Positions 23,122-30,973 of a stretch of 36,798 nt of DNA are shown in pieces. Origin of the DNA: a virus (taxonomy: Duplodnaviria > Caudoviricetes); the IMG/VR virus record IMGVR_UViG_3300030330_005218, positions 1-36,798 of that record. One strand, 5' to 3'. Each line of letters opens with the position of its first letter. The stretch's first letter is position 1. The notes below the pieces were generated by a model. That model saw nothing but the letters and a program-made list of their open reading frames with translations, searched no databases and was not told the origin of the DNA. The position numbers and the translations under genes were made by a program.

Positions 23122-24264
23122 ATGGCTTTATCAAAATTAAGACTAGGACAGTTAAAACCAGCGGACGGAGCGACGACGGTTGGAGATGTGCATTTTCCGA
23201 ACGTGAAGCTTCTCTTGCCTTTTGATGGTTCAAACGGCGCTACTAGCACTAGCGATTCAAGCAATTCGAGTCAATCTGTTACATTTAATAACTCTGCAGA
23301 GATTTCAACTACGCAAAGCAAATTCGGAGGTAGCAGCTTAAGCTGCCCGGATGGATTAACGAGTGACGTTAGTACTTCTTGGAATGCTATGCCAACTGGC
23401 ACTGAGGATTTTACTATCGAATTGTGGGCCTACTTTATCGACAGAACAGGAGGGGGCAGAACCGAAACTGATTTTGGTATTTGGGGCAATAGAAATACTT
23501 CGGGTACAGACAATATCCATCTATATGTAGGTTATCCTGACGATAATATGCTAGGGTTTCTAATTAACGATACGGATGTGCAACTGACGACAACTTGGAA
23601 TGTTACTTCTAATTTGAACGCTTGGCATCATATAGCTCTAACAAGAGCAAGTAATACTTTTAAACTTTTTGTTGATGGTACTCAGGTAGGAACTACTACT
23701 TCTACAGCAACTATGACAAGATCTTATAGCGATTTATTTATCGGAAGCAGTGGGCATACGTGGAATGCAACCAGAGCCACAAGGGGATTCATTGACGGTT
23801 TTAGAATAACCAGAGGGACAGCAAGATACACATCTGCTTTTACTGCCCCTTCTTCTGCGCATCTGACTTCCGCCGGAGATGTTAACAAGCACATCGTTGT
23901 AAACTCCGATGCTGATGGAGTGGCAATTGGAACGGGCGGGATAAACCAAGCGCGGATTGCGAAAGCTTGGATAAATTATAATGGAACTACAGCAAGTATT
24001 AGAGACAGTTACAATATTGGGAGTATCACAGATAATGGCACTGGTCAACATACTATTAATTACTCAACAGCAATGTCAGATGCTAATTATAGTATAACTG
24101 TATTTGCGCATGATGATCAAACGAGCAGTTATTGGTGGAGATCAGCAGTATCTCAAGAAGGAGTTGCCCAAGCAGCAGGGTCCTTCAAAGTCGAAACAAT
24201 ACATCCGACAGTTGGGGACATTCGTGACAGTGATACTGTATGCGCACAAATTTTCGGGAATTAA
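23122..24264 (+). CDS. LamG/ConA-like adhesin cassette 6
   Basis: Same architecture. KLRLGQLKPADGATTVGDVHFP is shared with cassette 2. Confidence 0.82.
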   Translation: MALSKLRLGQLKPADGATTVGDVHFPNVKLLLPFDGSNGATSTSDSSNSSQSVTFNNSAEISTTQSKFGGSSLSCPDGLTSDVSTSWNAMPTGTEDFTIELWAYFIDRTGGGRTETDFGIWGNRNTSGTDNIHLYVGYPDDNMLGFLINDTDVQLTTTWNVTSNLNAWHHIALTRASNTFKLFVDGTQVGTTTSTATMTRSYSDLFIGSSGHTWNATRATRGFIDGFRITRGTARYTSAFTAPSSAHLTSAGDVNKHIVVNSDADGVAIGTGGINQARIAKAWINYNGTTASIRDSYNIGSITDNGTGQHTINYSTAMSDANYSITVFAHDDQTSSYWWRSAVSQEGVAQAAGSFKVETIHPTVGDIRDSDTVCAQIFGN

Positions 24265-24267
24265 AAA

Positions 24268-24501
24268 ATGAAAAAACTTTTACTAACTTTTACTTTAATT
24301 TTCTCCGGTTGTTCAACCGTAGACGATCAAGGTAGGTTGGAAAAAGTCAGAATCGCCGTACCAGCTTTCTTCCAAATAGAAATGGACTACTATAAAGATA
24401 AAGAGAATAAAGGCAAGGGAAGTGTAAATACTAACGTCGTACATTCTCCTTACGGGACTGTTAACGGTTATCCTAAATTAATGGACATGATAAGAAAATG
24501 A
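24268..24501 (+). CDS. Small lipoprotein (77 aa)
   Basis: MKKLLLTFTLIFSG|C: basic n-region, hydrophobic h-region, lipobox-like FSGC. Starts 3 nt after the cassette 6 stop; its stop overlaps the cassette 7 start (ATGA). Confidence 0.75.
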   Translation: MKKLLLTFTLIFSGCSTVDDQGRLEKVRIAVPAFFQIEMDYYKDKENKGKGSVNTNVVHSPYGTVNGYPKLMDMIRK

Positions 24502-25631
24502 GTTTTAACGCGCCAGATATAAGACAGTTTAAGTTGACCGGAAGTACGGTTGGAGATCTGCATTTTCCGAAAACGGAATTGCTGTTGCCTTTTGACGGAA
24601 CGAACGGCTCAACGTCAACAACTGATAGTAGCAATCGGAATAATTCAATTACTTTTAATGGTAATGCTCAAATATCTACGGCGCAAAGCAAATTCGGCGG
24701 AAGTAGTCTTTTGTTGGATGGGGCGGGAGATTATTTACAAGTCGCTAATCAAGATTATTTTGATTTTGGCAGTAGTGATTTTACTATAGAGTGCTGGTTT
24801 TATTTTGACTCTTCCTCAAGTGAAACTTATAACACTTTATTAGATATGGGTAATGGAAGTGCAGCGGGAAGCGGGCCGTATTGGACAGGAGTGAAAAGTG
24901 ATAGCGGAACTTATACTTTATTTGTGCAGATGGATAGCACAGCTGGGGGAGACTGGGATCTCATAAACAATGTGGCGATTACTACTGTATCAGCAAGCAC
25001 TTGGCACCATTTTGCAATAAGCAGAGAGGGTAGTAGTTTTAAAGTATTTTTAGATGGAACTTCTGTTTTAACAACGACTAATTCTAATCCTTTACGAGAC
25101 GAAAATAGCGCTCTGCAAATTGGAGCGAGAGGCCAGAATACGGCATCTCATTATTTTAAAGGGTATATAGATGACGTTCGCATAACGAATGGTGTTGGCC
25201 GCTATACATCAAATTTTACTGCTCCAACTACTGCGCACCTAACTTCCGCCGGAGATGCAAATAAACAAATAATTGTAAACTCCAGCGCCGATGGAATTGA
25301 TGTAGGAACGGGCGGAATAAACCAAGCGCGGATTTCTAAAGCGTGGGTAAACTTTAACGGATCAGGAACAGTTGCTATTAGAGACAGTTATAACGTAAGT
25401 AGTATCACAGATAATGGAACAGGCGACTACTCTGTCGTTTTTTCAACAGCGATGTCAGATGCTAATTATTGCATGAACATGAACTCAGGAGACAAGGCTA
25501 GTACGTGGGGAATTCCTATTTATGACGGAGTATCAAACTATACCACTTCGCTTTGCAGATTTTTGACACAAGGCCCAGATGACGGTCCAAATGACAACGT
25601 TATAGTGTGCGCAAGTTTTTTCGGGAATTAA
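24498..25631 (+). CDS. LamG/ConA-like adhesin cassette 7
   Basis: Same architecture as the other cassettes. Confidence 0.82.
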   Translation: MSFNAPDIRQFKLTGSTVGDLHFPKTELLLPFDGTNGSTSTTDSSNRNNSITFNGNAQISTAQSKFGGSSLLLDGAGDYLQVANQDYFDFGSSDFTIECWFYFDSSSSETYNTLLDMGNGSAAGSGPYWTGVKSDSGTYTLFVQMDSTAGGDWDLINNVAITTVSASTWHHFAISREGSSFKVFLDGTSVLTTTNSNPLRDENSALQIGARGQNTASHYFKGYIDDVRITNGVGRYTSNFTAPTTAHLTSAGDANKQIIVNSSADGIDVGTGGINQARISKAWVNFNGSGTVAIRDSYNVSSITDNGTGDYSVVFSTAMSDANYCMNMNSGDKASTWGIPIYDGVSNYTTSLCRFLTQGPDDGPNDNVIVCASFFGN

Positions 25632-25634
25632 AAA

Positions 25635-26735
25635 ATGAAAAAGTTACCTCTAGATTATATAAAAACTTTTGGGTCGACAGCTGGAGATGATCAATTTGCA
25701 AAAGTGACTGCGCTGTTCAACTTTGATGGCAGTGATGGGGACACTACTGCATCAGGACTAGATTCGAGTAATAAAAATCTCACTGTTAGCTATAGTTCAG
25801 GAGATCAGTTAAGCAACACTCAAAAAAAATTCGGTGCGACTAGTTTATATGTTGCCGATAACGTAGCACTCTCTTCTAGTGACGGATTTAATATGGGAAC
25901 GGGAGATTTTACTATTGAAGCATGGTATTATTTTACTTCTTTTAGTAATAGCTTCGGTCATTACGATCAATGGGCGGGAAGCTCAACTGGAGTGGGCAAC
26001 GTTCAAATGTGGAACTCAACTTCAGCCCAAGGGAAAATAAAGTGGTATTACAACGGTAACAGTAATTTTACATCTAGTACTACAATGTCTACCGGTCAGT
26101 GGTATCATGTAGCTTATGTCAGAGAAAGTGGGACTTTAAAAATGTACTTCAACGGTACAGTTGACTCGAATACTCAAAGTTATAGCAGCCAATTTGGTAA
26201 AACTGGCACAGTGTATCTTGGGGATCAACACGCAGGTGGCGGAGGAGCGCCACAGTATTACATAGACGACTTAAGAGTCACAAAAGGATTAGCTAGATAT
26301 ACTTCCAACTTTACTGCGCCGACTACTGCGCATTTAACTTCTGCGGGAGATTCTCTTAAGAATATTATTGTCAACGAAGATGCTGATGGAGTCATAATTG
26401 GAACAAGCGGCATAAGCACAACGCGGATTGCGAAAGCATGGGCAGAATTTGATGGATCTGGAGTGACTTTAAACGCATCTTATAACGTAAGCAGTATTAC
26501 TGATCATGGCAATAGAGATTATACTATAAACTTTTCTGCAGCAATGGCAGACGCAAATTACAGTATAGTAGGATCAAACATAGGGCAGACCGCTTCGTAC
26601 AACTGGTCTGTGGTCACAGGGATGGGGACAGCGAAAACTACTAGCGCAGCAAGAATAAATGTACCTCATATTAATGATAATAGTTTGTACGGTAACGACC
26701 CAGACGCAGTAAATGTAATAGCCTTCGGGAATTAA
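25635..26735 (+). CDS. LamG/ConA-like adhesin cassette 8
   Basis: Same architecture, with a more divergent N-terminus. Confidence 0.82.
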   Translation: MKKLPLDYIKTFGSTAGDDQFAKVTALFNFDGSDGDTTASGLDSSNKNLTVSYSSGDQLSNTQKKFGATSLYVADNVALSSSDGFNMGTGDFTIEAWYYFTSFSNSFGHYDQWAGSSTGVGNVQMWNSTSAQGKIKWYYNGNSNFTSSTTMSTGQWYHVAYVRESGTLKMYFNGTVDSNTQSYSSQFGKTGTVYLGDQHAGGGGAPQYYIDDLRVTKGLARYTSNFTAPTTAHLTSAGDSLKNIIVNEDADGVIIGTSGISTTRIAKAWAEFDGSGVTLNASYNVSSITDHGNRDYTINFSAAMADANYSIVGSNIGQTASYNWSVVTGMGTAKTTSAARINVPHINDNSLYGNDPDAVNVIAFGN

Positions 26736-26738
26736 AAA

Positions 26739-27845
26739 ATGAGACAATTTAAACTAGATAAAATTAAAGCTACTGGAACGACGGTTGGGGATGTGCATTT
26801 TCCGAAAGTGAGCCTGCATCTTACTTGCGAAGGGAGCAACGGTTCTACTACCGTGACTGATTCAAGTAATACTAATGCAAGTATAACGTGCATTGGATCA
26901 GCTCAAATTTCAACAGCTCAAAGCAAATTTGGCAGCTCTAGTTTAGCTACTGCTTCCGGAGATATTTCTATATCAACAACTAATATATTTAATTTTGGCA
27001 CTTCAGATTTTACTGTAGAGTTTTGGTTTTATAGAACAGGATTAGGATCTAGCAATAATTTTATCGTTGATGGAAGACCAAGCGGGAACAATTCTAATAC
27101 ATTTATGTTATATATGCCAACCAGTACAACCGCTCCAAGATATCATACTGCCTCTTCTGACCAGATAACTTCATCAATAAATTTAGGAACGAATGCTTGG
27201 ACGCATATAGCAGTAGTTAGAAACTCGGGGACTACAACTCTTTATATGAATGGTGTCAGCGGCGGGAGCTTTTCTGATAGCACTGATTATATCGATACAG
27301 GTGGCACAACATTAGGATTTTGGGCAGGCTCCTCAACTGATTATTCTATGTATACAACGCCCGGTTATTTTGATGATTTTAGAGTCACCAAAGGAGTCGC
27401 TCGTTATACTTCAAATTTCACGCCGCCAACTACTGCACATCTAACTTCCGCCGGAGATGTTAATAAACAAATCGTCGTCAACTCCGACGCAGACGGTGTG
27501 GCGATTGGAACGGGCGGCATTTCTCAAGCGCGGATTGCAAAAGCGTGGGTGTATTTTAATGGAGAAAATTCGGCGGCGAATATGATTCAAGGAAGTTATA
27601 ACATTTCCAGTATAGCTGATGACGGAACTGGGAAATATCAAATAAATTTTTCAACAAATATGTCTGACACTAATTATTCAGTTGTTGGTGGACTTGGCGG
27701 TACTTCCAATAGCTACTCTAGCACTATAGCAATTGTGAGGTTTTCTCATACTCCCGACGCAACACACCAAAACATGTCCACCGCGTATAGTAGTGGGAGT
27801 TTTTACGACTTTCCTAGAGTATACGTAGTATTTTTCGGGAATTAA
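26739..27845 (+). CDS. LamG/ConA-like adhesin cassette 9
   Basis: Same architecture. FKLDKIKATGTTVGDVHFPKV is shared with cassette 1. Confidence 0.82.
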   Translation: MRQFKLDKIKATGTTVGDVHFPKVSLHLTCEGSNGSTTVTDSSNTNASITCIGSAQISTAQSKFGSSSLATASGDISISTTNIFNFGTSDFTVEFWFYRTGLGSSNNFIVDGRPSGNNSNTFMLYMPTSTTAPRYHTASSDQITSSINLGTNAWTHIAVVRNSGTTTLYMNGVSGGSFSDSTDYIDTGGTTLGFWAGSSTDYSMYTTPGYFDDFRVTKGVARYTSNFTPPTTAHLTSAGDVNKQIVVNSDADGVAIGTGGISQARIAKAWVYFNGENSAANMIQGSYNISSIADDGTGKYQINFSTNMSDTNYSVVGGLGGTSNSYSSTIAIVRFSHTPDATHQNMSTAYSSGSFYDFPRVYVVFFGN

Positions 27846-27851
27846 AAAAAA

Positions 27852-27879
27852 TTGACTTTTAGCAAAAAAAATCTATAAT
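27852..27879 (+). promoter_or_regulatory. Sigma70-like promoter TTGACT-N16-TATAAT
   Basis: -35 TTGACT at 27852-27857 and perfect -10 TATAAT at 27874-27879, intergenic, upstream of ORF 27897. Confidence 0.6.
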
Positions 27880-27881
27880 AA

Positions 27882-27888
27882 GTGTAAT
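27882..27888 (+). promoter_or_regulatory. GTGTAAT motif (candidate late promoter)
   Basis: 8 nt before ATG 27897. Confidence 0.6.
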
Positions 27889-27896
27889 ATAGTAAA

Positions 27897-28133
27897 ATGG
27901 ACATCACAGGAAGAATTATTTATCCGACAGCTCCCGCAGAAGGAGAGAGTCATAGCGGTGTCGCAGTAGTTGTCCCGGCTCCTCAAGCCGTTGAACGAGG
28001 CGAAACCCATGAAGAGTTTATGGCTAGAATCGCCGCTAAAGACGTACCTGCAGGAGTTCCTTATCAAATTATTCCTATCGGCGATCTCCCTGCCGACAGG
28101 TATTTTAGAAACGCTTGGGAGTATGCGGAGTAA
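27897..28133 (+). CDS. Small phage protein, putative tail-fibre assembly protein (part 1)
   Basis: IAAKDVP.G.PY.I....DLP.DRYFRNAW motif, which I recall downstream of fibre genes in aquatic phages. Confidence 0.65.
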   Translation: MDITGRIIYPTAPAEGESHSGVAVVVPAPQAVERGETHEEFMARIAAKDVPAGVPYQIIPIGDLPADRYFRNAWEYAE

Positions 28134-28139
28134 TAAATT

Positions 28140-28412
28140 ATGCCAATCGGAGTAAATATCGCAAAAGCTAAGGAGCTCCAGAAGGAGCGCTTTCGCCAAG
28201 TTCGCAAGCCGCTTTTAGAGGCACTAGATATTGATTATCAACGTGCTGACGAAGCTGGAGATGCGTCCAAGAAAACAGAAATCGCCACTAAAAAGCAAGC
28301 TTTGAGAGATGTGACAAACAGTACGGCTCTTAACGACGCATCTTCGGCGACTGAAGTTCGCGCTGTGTGGGACACTGACGTTCTTGGTGCTAGGCCTGCC
28401 GAACATACTTAA
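28140..28412 (+). CDS. Putative tail-fibre assembly chaperone (Tfa-like helical domain, part 2)
   Basis: R..R..LL..LD......E......KQALRD.T pattern resembles Tfa-type chaperone C-termini. Confidence 0.65.
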   Translation: MPIGVNIAKAKELQKERFRQVRKPLLEALDIDYQRADEAGDASKKTEIATKKQALRDVTNSTALNDASSATEVRAVWDTDVLGARPAEHT

Positions 28413-28434
28413 TTTTCCAAAAAAACTTCATATA

Positions 28435-28441
28435 GTGTAAT
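28435..28441 (+). promoter_or_regulatory. GTGTAAT motif (candidate late promoter)
   Basis: 9 nt before ATG 28451. Confidence 0.6.
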
Positions 28442-28450
28442 TTATACTAT

Positions 28451-29005
28451 ATGAAAGTTGTCGATATCGCTGACGAAATCTTCAGAGAACTCTCTGAACC
28501 TTCAACTTTGTCTATTCCCGCTATTGCCTACTGGGTTAGAAGCAATGTCGGCGAATTGAATAATTACCTGAATACTTCTTTCAGAGTAAGCCATGAAACT
28601 TTTGAAATAACAGAGCAAGTAGAAGCTACTGGAAGAGAACCCACTTCTTTTAATAGTTCTGTTGATAATGATACTTTAGAGCTCCAGTTCGAAGAAAAGG
28701 CAGTTCTTAAAAAAATGTATAATGTTCATTATTATGATCAACAACTTAGATCTACTTTAGGGGCAGCTTCTAATGACCCAGTAGTGGAAGTAGTTTCTGA
28801 TGGATCCAAAGTCCGCAAAATTAATAAAAATGAACTTAGTAAAACTTACGCATCTTTAAAACGTCAAGAATATGACGAATTAAGTGATATGATAAATGCG
28901 TATAAACTAAGACTTTCGGCCCCAGTCCAAGTCGCAGGAGATGATACTACAGTTGGCGCGCACGATCCGTTTAGGACTCAGCACTTTAATAGGTCTACTA
29001 TTTAA
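28451..29005 (+). CDS. Hypothetical virion protein, possible head-tail adaptor
   Basis: 184-aa ORF. Function inferred only from its position as the first of four genes before the tail tube. Confidence 0.55.
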   Translation: MKVVDIADEIFRELSEPSTLSIPAIAYWVRSNVGELNNYLNTSFRVSHETFEITEQVEATGREPTSFNSSVDNDTLELQFEEKAVLKKMYNVHYYDQQLRSTLGAASNDPVVEVVSDGSKVRKINKNELSKTYASLKRQEYDELSDMINAYKLRLSAPVQVAGDDTTVGAHDPFRTQHFNRSTI

Positions 29006-29006
29006 A

Positions 29007-29444
29007 ATGGCATCTTTAATTCCAGAGTCGAGTAAGACAGACTTTATTTCAGCCCTTAATGATCATTTCGATACTTTTAAGGAAGATATTACTATATTTA
29101 AAGAGCCTAAAAAAGTTATCACAAATCAAAGCCAAAGTATTTACGCTGGCTATGGAGCGCAGAAAGAAATAGTGGAATATGAAACAGTCAGCCAAAGCTT
29201 TAGCGCTTTAGTGAATTTTAGAGAAAGGCAAGACGAAGAATTTATTGATGATATAAAAATTAAAGATATCCGAGGAGATATTAGAATTAAAGTCGAGCAA
29301 GATTGCAGAGATTATATTAAAAACAATGGTAAGACAGAAGCTGTAGTTGTCCAAGGAAAAAACTATAACGTCATAACTGACGACGGAACTAGAGAATTTT
29401 TGGGGCAAAAGTATTTTGTCTTTCATTTAGAGTCTACTTCGTAA
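29007..29444 (+). CDS. Hypothetical virion protein, possible head-closure/stopper
   Basis: Start reassigned to ATG 29007 (MASLIP...), 1 nt after the previous stop, giving 145 aa. Beta-rich C-terminal half and position fit a stopper. Confidence 0.55.
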   Translation: MASLIPESSKTDFISALNDHFDTFKEDITIFKEPKKVITNQSQSIYAGYGAQKEIVEYETVSQSFSALVNFRERQDEEFIDDIKIKDIRGDIRIKVEQDCRDYIKNNGKTEAVVVQGKNYNVITDDGTREFLGQKYFVFHLESTS

Positions 29445-30043
29445 TGGCTAGAAAACTAAAGCTGAACCTGCAACAAATGCTCAAGAAACAGTTTGACCCG
29501 AGCAAATCAAAAGCTTTAGAAAACTTAGCTTATTCGGCCGCTTCTAAAAGATTAAAGACGGCTCAACAAATGTTACTAGAAGAAATTAATAATCATCAAG
29601 TAACACAAAGTATAGAAAAAGGCACTAAAAGTCCTTCGTTGGGATTCCAAGGAAATCTTTTTGAGTTTCTAGGATTTAGCAGAGGAGATAGGCCTGTAGA
29701 AGTTTTAAGAAATGCTTATTCAAATTTTGTACATTTAAAAAGAGTTCCGCTAAAGAAGAAAGTTAGTGCTACTAAAATAAATTATGATTTTACAGTAACC
29801 TTTCCCAGTTTGACAGAAATTTACAGTCAAACTCCATTGCCATGGGGCGGCGGCCGAAGCTGGGTAAAAGCTATTGAAAAAGGCGGAGTTAGTAATTTTA
29901 ATTATACTTTAGCTAATTCTGACTATAATACAAGTAGATCAGGAACGGCTATACAATCAAGATACGTAGTAAGAGATTTTAATTATAAGCCAGTCCCTTA
30001 CTTATCTCCTATAATAAATAAGTTTATAGCCAATATATCATAA
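29444..30043 (+). CDS. Hypothetical basic protein, possible tail-completion/neck protein
   Basis: 199 aa, Lys/Arg-rich, ending in P..YLSPIINKF. Function inferred from position. Confidence 0.55.
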   Translation: MARKLKLNLQQMLKKQFDPSKSKALENLAYSAASKRLKTAQQMLLEEINNHQVTQSIEKGTKSPSLGFQGNLFEFLGFSRGDRPVEVLRNAYSNFVHLKRVPLKKKVSATKINYDFTVTFPSLTEIYSQTPLPWGGGRSWVKAIEKGGVSNFNYTLANSDYNTSRSGTAIQSRYVVRDFNYKPVPYLSPIINKFIANIS

Positions 30044-30909
30044 TGAAACCGCAATTTGATAACAAAGTGATGTCGAGCTTCTTTTTATGGTTCGATAATA
30101 AACTATTAAAGAAGGGAGAAGCTTTCGAAAATGTCACTGGTCAATTCTATGATTCTTCTGTAGAATATCAAGGATATAGTACATATTCCAGTTCTTATTC
30201 TCAGCTTGTTGCAGACGCATCTATAACTGGAGCTACTATACCAACAGGATTGTACGTTGGGGATAACTTAGTAAATGTTGGCGAAGGTGGGTCGGATGGC
30301 CTATTTGCAATAAACTATAACGAAGGTAGAGCTTACTTTTCAGGAGACCAATCATCTGATGTCACCGGTTCTTTTGCTATAAAAGACTTTAACGTATTTC
30401 TAACGAATCAACCAGAGGATAAGATTCTTTTTGAAACTAAATATACAGAAAGAACAAAAACAGATATAAGGCCGACTGGGCTGGCTTCTGATACAAAAAC
30501 ATATCCTGTTATCTACTTGAAAAATATGGGAACCGCTAACCAGCCTATAGCTTTTGGCGGCCAAGATCAAACTACTATTAATATAAGAGCTATTATTTTA
30601 TCACAAAGTCAGTTCGAGTTGGATGCCGTGGGGTCAATATTTAGAGATACTCAGAAAACTTTAGTCCCGCTTTTTGAAGAAACTGAAATGCCGTTCAATT
30701 CTTTTGGAGGTTATAAAGACGGGGCACAGTTTAACTATTCTATATCTACAAACTCTAAAAATTCTGCAACTTCTTGTTTCGTCGAGGAGGTATATGTGTC
30801 AAATCTAGAGAGAGGTGTTCAAACTAGGATGAGATCCCTTAATCCGGATATTTTCACTAGTATTATTGATTTTGAGCTTACTAAGTTCAGATATCCCCGA
30901 GATTGCTGA
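30043..30909 (+). CDS. Hypothetical virion protein, possible tail terminator
   Basis: 288 aa with a YPVIYL motif, immediately upstream of the tail tube gene. Function is positional inference. Confidence 0.5.
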   Translation: MKPQFDNKVMSSFFLWFDNKLLKKGEAFENVTGQFYDSSVEYQGYSTYSSSYSQLVADASITGATIPTGLYVGDNLVNVGEGGSDGLFAINYNEGRAYFSGDQSSDVTGSFAIKDFNVFLTNQPEDKILFETKYTERTKTDIRPTGLASDTKTYPVIYLKNMGTANQPIAFGGQDQTTINIRAIILSQSQFELDAVGSIFRDTQKTLVPLFEETEMPFNSFGGYKDGAQFNYSISTNSKNSATSCFVEEVYVSNLERGVQTRMRSLNPDIFTSIIDFELTKFRYPRDC

Positions 30910-30973
30910 TTTTTATTTCTCTTTTGCTTATATTAACTGTAATATCAAATAACAACTTAAAAAAGGTTTTAAC

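Noticed and set aside
24422-24428. GTGTAAA inside the lipoprotein gene as an internal promoter for cassettes 7-9
   Set aside because: It mismatches the consensus, lies in coding sequence and is ~70 nt from the next start; not supportable without TSS data.
7880-27845. Diversity-generating retroelement acting on the cassettes
   Set aside because: No reverse transcriptase in the window and no TR/VR pair differing only at adenines. Differences involve all bases and indels.
7880-27845. Invertible shufflon (Gin/Cin/Rci-type)
   Set aside because: All cassettes are full-length genes in the same orientation with their own starts. No invertase or inverted crossover sites were seen.
9017-27850. CRISPR array or integron attC sites from the recurring junction motif
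   Set aside because: The repeat is only ~15 bp, coding, and spaced ~1.1 kb apart, with no attC-like long palindrome, integrase or cas gene.
28941-29006. ORF-track start at 28941
   Set aside because: It overlaps the upstream gene by 65 nt. ATG 29007, just after the upstream stop, fits the packing pattern better.
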